A stretch of 20,000 nucleotides of DNA, from assembly GCA_000934665.2 (NCBI GenBank), contig JYFJ02001931.1:46371-66370 (forward strand), in the 5' to 3' direction. The notes below the pieces were generated by a model. That model did not search any database and was not told where the DNA came from. It saw nothing but the letters and a program-made list of their open reading frames with translations. The translations under genes and the position numbers were made by a program. This document shows positions 19,789 to 20,000 of this stretch, piece after piece. Positions within the stretch are counted from its first letter, which is position 1. Each line of letters starts with the position of its first letter. Source of the stretch: Catajapyx aquilonaris. Taxonomy: Eukaryota.

Positions 19789-20000
19789 TGTTGTATGAGT
19801 ACAAGGTTGGAAATAAAGGGGACTCCAGACAAGATGGCTGACCGAGTTGGACGTGTTTCACTAGGGGGGCTAAGTAAAAGACTCGAATAAAACATGGTGG
19901 CATCGGTGGGATCCTGGATACTGACTGGCCAGCATCAGGAGACACCCCAGAACGAGTAACGAGTCGAAGTGAGCTGCAAAGAGGGCCAAGGCGGAACTCA
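19789..20000 (+). mobile_element. 5' end of an LTR retrotransposon (Gypsy, possibly Mag clade): LTR ~19789-19894 + PBS 19895-19912
   Basis: TGTTGTAT...ATAAAACA inverted LTR ends and AATAAA signals, immediately followed by TGGTGGCATCGGTGGGAT (one mismatch to the complement of the tRNA-Leu 3' end, ATCCCACCGCTGCCACCA). Confidence 0.72.

Noticed and set aside
1..20000. CRISPR array, operon or prokaryotic defence system
   Set aside because: No regularly spaced direct repeats; the sequence is spliceosomal-intron-containing eukaryotic DNA

Overview
AT-rich eukaryotic (arthropod, probably insect) genomic DNA carrying two tandem, + strand, intron-rich paralogues of the DEG/ENaC 'pickpocket' (ppk) sodium-channel family. 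Gene A lacks its first exon, which is probably upstream of the window; exons 2-10 run 2407..7160. Gene B is complete, with 10 exons from 10203..18367, a 1734-nt CDS and 577 aa. Both splice into open frames with GT-AG introns at identical positions and phases. Introns and intergenic DNA are packed with transposon debris: hairpin MITEs (one family in two near-identical inverted copies bracketing gene A), a long palindromic element, a tRNA-derived SINE with TSD, mariner/Tc1 transposase remnants, an RTE-like RT remnant, a short Gypsy-type 5' LTR with tRNA-Leu PBS, and many TA-NNN-TA words resembling excision footprints. I found no new multi-gene system. The most interesting points are an Asn at the pore amiloride-site position in both channels, divergence concentrated in the finger region, and the transposon architecture around the genes. 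All coordinates, counts and translations were derived by hand.
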